Below the pieces are notes generated by a model. The model did not search any database and was not told where the DNA came from. It worked only from the letters and a program-made list of their open reading frames with translations. DNA of 64,000 bases, from the NCBI RefSeq assembly GCF_964355755.1, contig NC_092673.1, positions 22,131,648 to 22,195,647 of the forward strand. Reading direction: 5' to 3'. Source of the DNA: Antedon mediterranea. Lineage: Eukaryota; Animalia; Echinodermata. Positions 62,120 to 64,000 of the stretch are shown here, piece by piece; within the stretch, counting starts at the first letter, position 1; every line of letters begins with the position of its first letter. The position numbers and the translations under genes were made by a program.

Positions 62120-64000
62120 CGTTATCCAAATTCCTTCACTTGCACTGATGAAGGGCTAGTGTTGCCCGAAAGCTCTGCTAACTTTTCTGGCTGTTTACTT
62201 TATCGTTTTGATTTAGCTTTTCGCTTTTTATTTTTGTATCTCCATTGAGATCCAGCCACTGATACCCACAGCATTGTCATTTTTTTCAGTAATTTGCCTT
62301 TGGATTTACATATATATATATATCAACCTGTAGCCGAACATTTTAATTCAGCTGGTCACTCGATTGCAAATTTCAGAGTTATTGCAATAGACCACGATGT
62401 CAAATGGAGCGACAAAACTCGCAAAGACAAAGAAAACCACTGGGAATTACTACTTAAAACCACAAAACCTTTTGGACTTAACATTAGGAACATACTCCCA
62501 GATCGGTAAAATTATTCCATTGACTACCAAAATAAGTGGAGCACTGTGGCGCAGTGGTTAGAGCATTGGACTTGCAATCAAGAGGTTGTCGGTTCAAGCC
62601 CCGGCTCGGTCACTGCAGTGTTGAGTCCTTGAGCAAGATTCTTTATCCACATTGTTCCTCCCCACCCAGGTGATAGAAATGGGTACCGGTATGTAAAAAG
62701 TACTGGGAAGGTAAATCAGACTCGTTTGTGCGGGAGGAGTGGCGTACCCCCCACAAACATACACACTTAGTGGAGTCTGGCCCAAACGCTAAGGAAATGG
62801 AGATGGGCACCACGGCCGTTAGCATTAGCTTAGGTTTCGACTTTACCTTTTTTTTTTACCAAAATTTAAGTTTCAATATTAACCACCATTTTAGCTGTTT
62901 TTTAGTCTCATTCCAAAATTGTTTATATCTCTACCAAGCTACCTTCTTTGTTTTCTACTCTTATTCAGACTCCACCCTGGCTCCCTTTGTCATATTTCTT
63001 TTATTCCTGTCCACCCAGGCAGCACTTGCCAGCTTTATACTATGACGTTATCCAAATTCCTTCACTTGCACTGATGAAGGGCTAGTGTTGCCCGAAAACT
63101 CTGCTAACTTTTCTGGCTGTTTACTTTATCGTTTTGATTTAGCTTTTCGCTTTTTATTTTTGTATCTCCATTGAGATCCAGCCACTGATACCCACAGCAT
63201 TGTCATTTTTTCAGTAATTTGCCTTTGGATTTATATATATATATATATTGTTTTATGTTTGTTTTACAAAAAAAAGCGAAAAGCTAAATCAAAACGATAA
63301 AGTAAAACAGCCAGAAAAGTTAGCAGAGCTTTCGGGCAACACTAACCCTTCATCAGTGCAAGTGAAGGAATTTGGATAACGTCATAGCATAAGAACTGGC
63401 AAGTGCTGCCTGGGTGGACAGGAATATATATATATATATATTTATATTCAGATTCATTCATATTCATGTATTACACGGCTGCGGTGAATTTATTACATTG
63501 TAATAGTAAGCCTCACAATAATGCGTACAGTAGTCATATAAATACTGTATTTTTGTCATTAATAGATGGTATGCCTCTAGGCTTGTGTACATGCTTTAGT
63601 GATGGCCTGTCTGCTGCTGTGTGGCAGGATGTAATGTTGCAAGACTGTGGTCGAGATGCTACATCTGATGAACTTTTAGAAAGATTAAATATGGTAAGTA
63701 CGTAAGAACAAGAATATTGAAATCACTGAAATACATGAGATCTAATTAGAATGAACTTACTATTTAATTATTTGTTAAAATTATTATTTGCTTACTTAGT
63801 TCAATATGTTAGCAGGGATTCACTCTTCCCTAATTTTGATATATTTTGTAATTTAATTTAGATCACAGTTACTGAAGAAAATGTAGAGGAAGTAATTACA
63901 GCTGTTAACAACATTACAGCAACTGGATCAGATAGCATAACACCAGATGGTTTAGAAGCAACTGCAGAGATTATTGAAAGTGTTACTTCTGTAAATTCAA
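52750..64000 (+). CDS. Spliced adhesion GPCR gene, 5' part (SP - WxxW - HYR x3 - EGF - Ig - SEA - HormR - GAIN A); continues right of window
   Basis: Exons 52750(or 52771)-52822 signal peptide; 55384-55460 + 55704-55887 WxxW (WTPWFNRD...CENYKVRFRCP); 56348-56596, 58081-58323, 58705-58944 HYR; 59222-59335 EGF; 59479-59745 Ig; 60068-60180 + 60711-60912 SEA (LRSGSVI); 61342-61443 + 63566-63693 HormR-like; 63862-64000 ITVTEENVEEV (GAIN A). Phases are consistent and there are no stops. Confidence 0.9.
53065..53256 (-). mobile_element. Penelope family 2 pLTR copy in a (TA)n tract, hammerhead core disrupted
   Basis: Reverse complement of 62135-62310; flanked by TA runs. Confidence 0.8.
57135..57500 (+). 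mobile_element. Old LINE endonuclease remnant in an intron
   Basis: Fragments ICGVLYRPPQS and LGDYNI in broken frames. Confidence 0.45.
61875..61946 (+). ncRNA. tRNA-like cloverleaf (anticodon ATC) inside a dispersed repeat; probably repeat-derived rather than a genuine tRNA-Asp
   Basis: Acceptor GCCCCAG/TTGGGGC, D arm GTCT..GGAC, anticodon arm TCTGC-ATATCAA-GCAGG, T arm CCGAG-TTCGAGT-CTCGG. Confidence 0.6.
62140..62181 (+). ncRNA. Minimal type I hammerhead ribozyme (copies at 61640, 63066, and minus strand 63320-63362)
   Basis: GCA-CTGATGA-A-GGGC-TAGTGTT-GCCC-GAAA-GCTC-TGC: core boxes, 4-bp stem II, GCA/TGC stem I, palindromic AGCT in place of stem III. Confidence 0.8.
62538..62858 (+). 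mobile_element. tRNA-derived SINE with CORE-like central domain, inserted in the Penelope 3' region
   Basis: A-box TGGCGCAGTGG, B-box GGTTCAAGCC, CCTTGAGCAAG...CCACCCAGGTG...AAATGGGTACC, T-rich tail; TACCAAAAT on both sides. Confidence 0.85.

Larger units (their letters stand above)
61630..63424 (+). mobile_element. Penelope family 2 cluster: pLTRs (61630-61780, 62116-62310, 63040-63232, inverted 63268-63424) and GIY-YIG C-terminus
   Basis: ORF piece QPVAEHFNSAGHS...KENHWELLLKTTKPFGLNIR (62321-62509); direct and inverted pLTRs separated by (TA)n. Confidence 0.88.

Noticed and set aside
62538-62612. Functional tRNA gene (GCA anticodon-like)
   Set aside because: The acceptor stem does not pair and it continues into a SINE core and tail.

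Overview
AT-rich eukaryotic (invertebrate animal) genomic DNA, dominated by transposable elements, with two intron-rich host genes transcribed divergently. HYR-containing adhesion GPCRs suggest an echinoderm-like deuterostome, but that is inference. Minus strand (ATG 20550, running off the left edge): signal peptide, partial EMI, EGF, cbEGF, Ser/Thr stalk and start of a GAIN domain. Plus strand (ATG 52750/52771, running off the right edge): signal peptide, WxxW, 3x HYR, EGF, Ig, SEA, HormR and start of GAIN. Both look like adhesion GPCR ectodomains; no 7TM lies in the window. Most of the 32-kb gap between them is one nested TE stack that can be ordered from TSDs and split reading frames: foldback TIR element (23443-49974) > BEL/Pao LTR element (TSD CATAT) > CR1-type LINE fragment > spliced Sola1-like (DUF7869-type) transposase pseudogene with a Tudor/PWWP-like C-terminus > Gmr1-like Gypsy (TSD ACATT) > Mutator-like MITEs > hAT-like MITE with an internal triplication. 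Also present: a near-complete Mag-type Gypsy, two Penelope-like families with minimal hammerhead ribozymes, an Academ remnant, RTE/L2/CR1 fragments, a CORE-like SINE, HINE-like repeats, and a (TA)n-associated repeat with an internal full tRNA cloverleaf (anticodon ATC). All exon and domain calls were read by eye and need RNA-seq/HMM confirmation.
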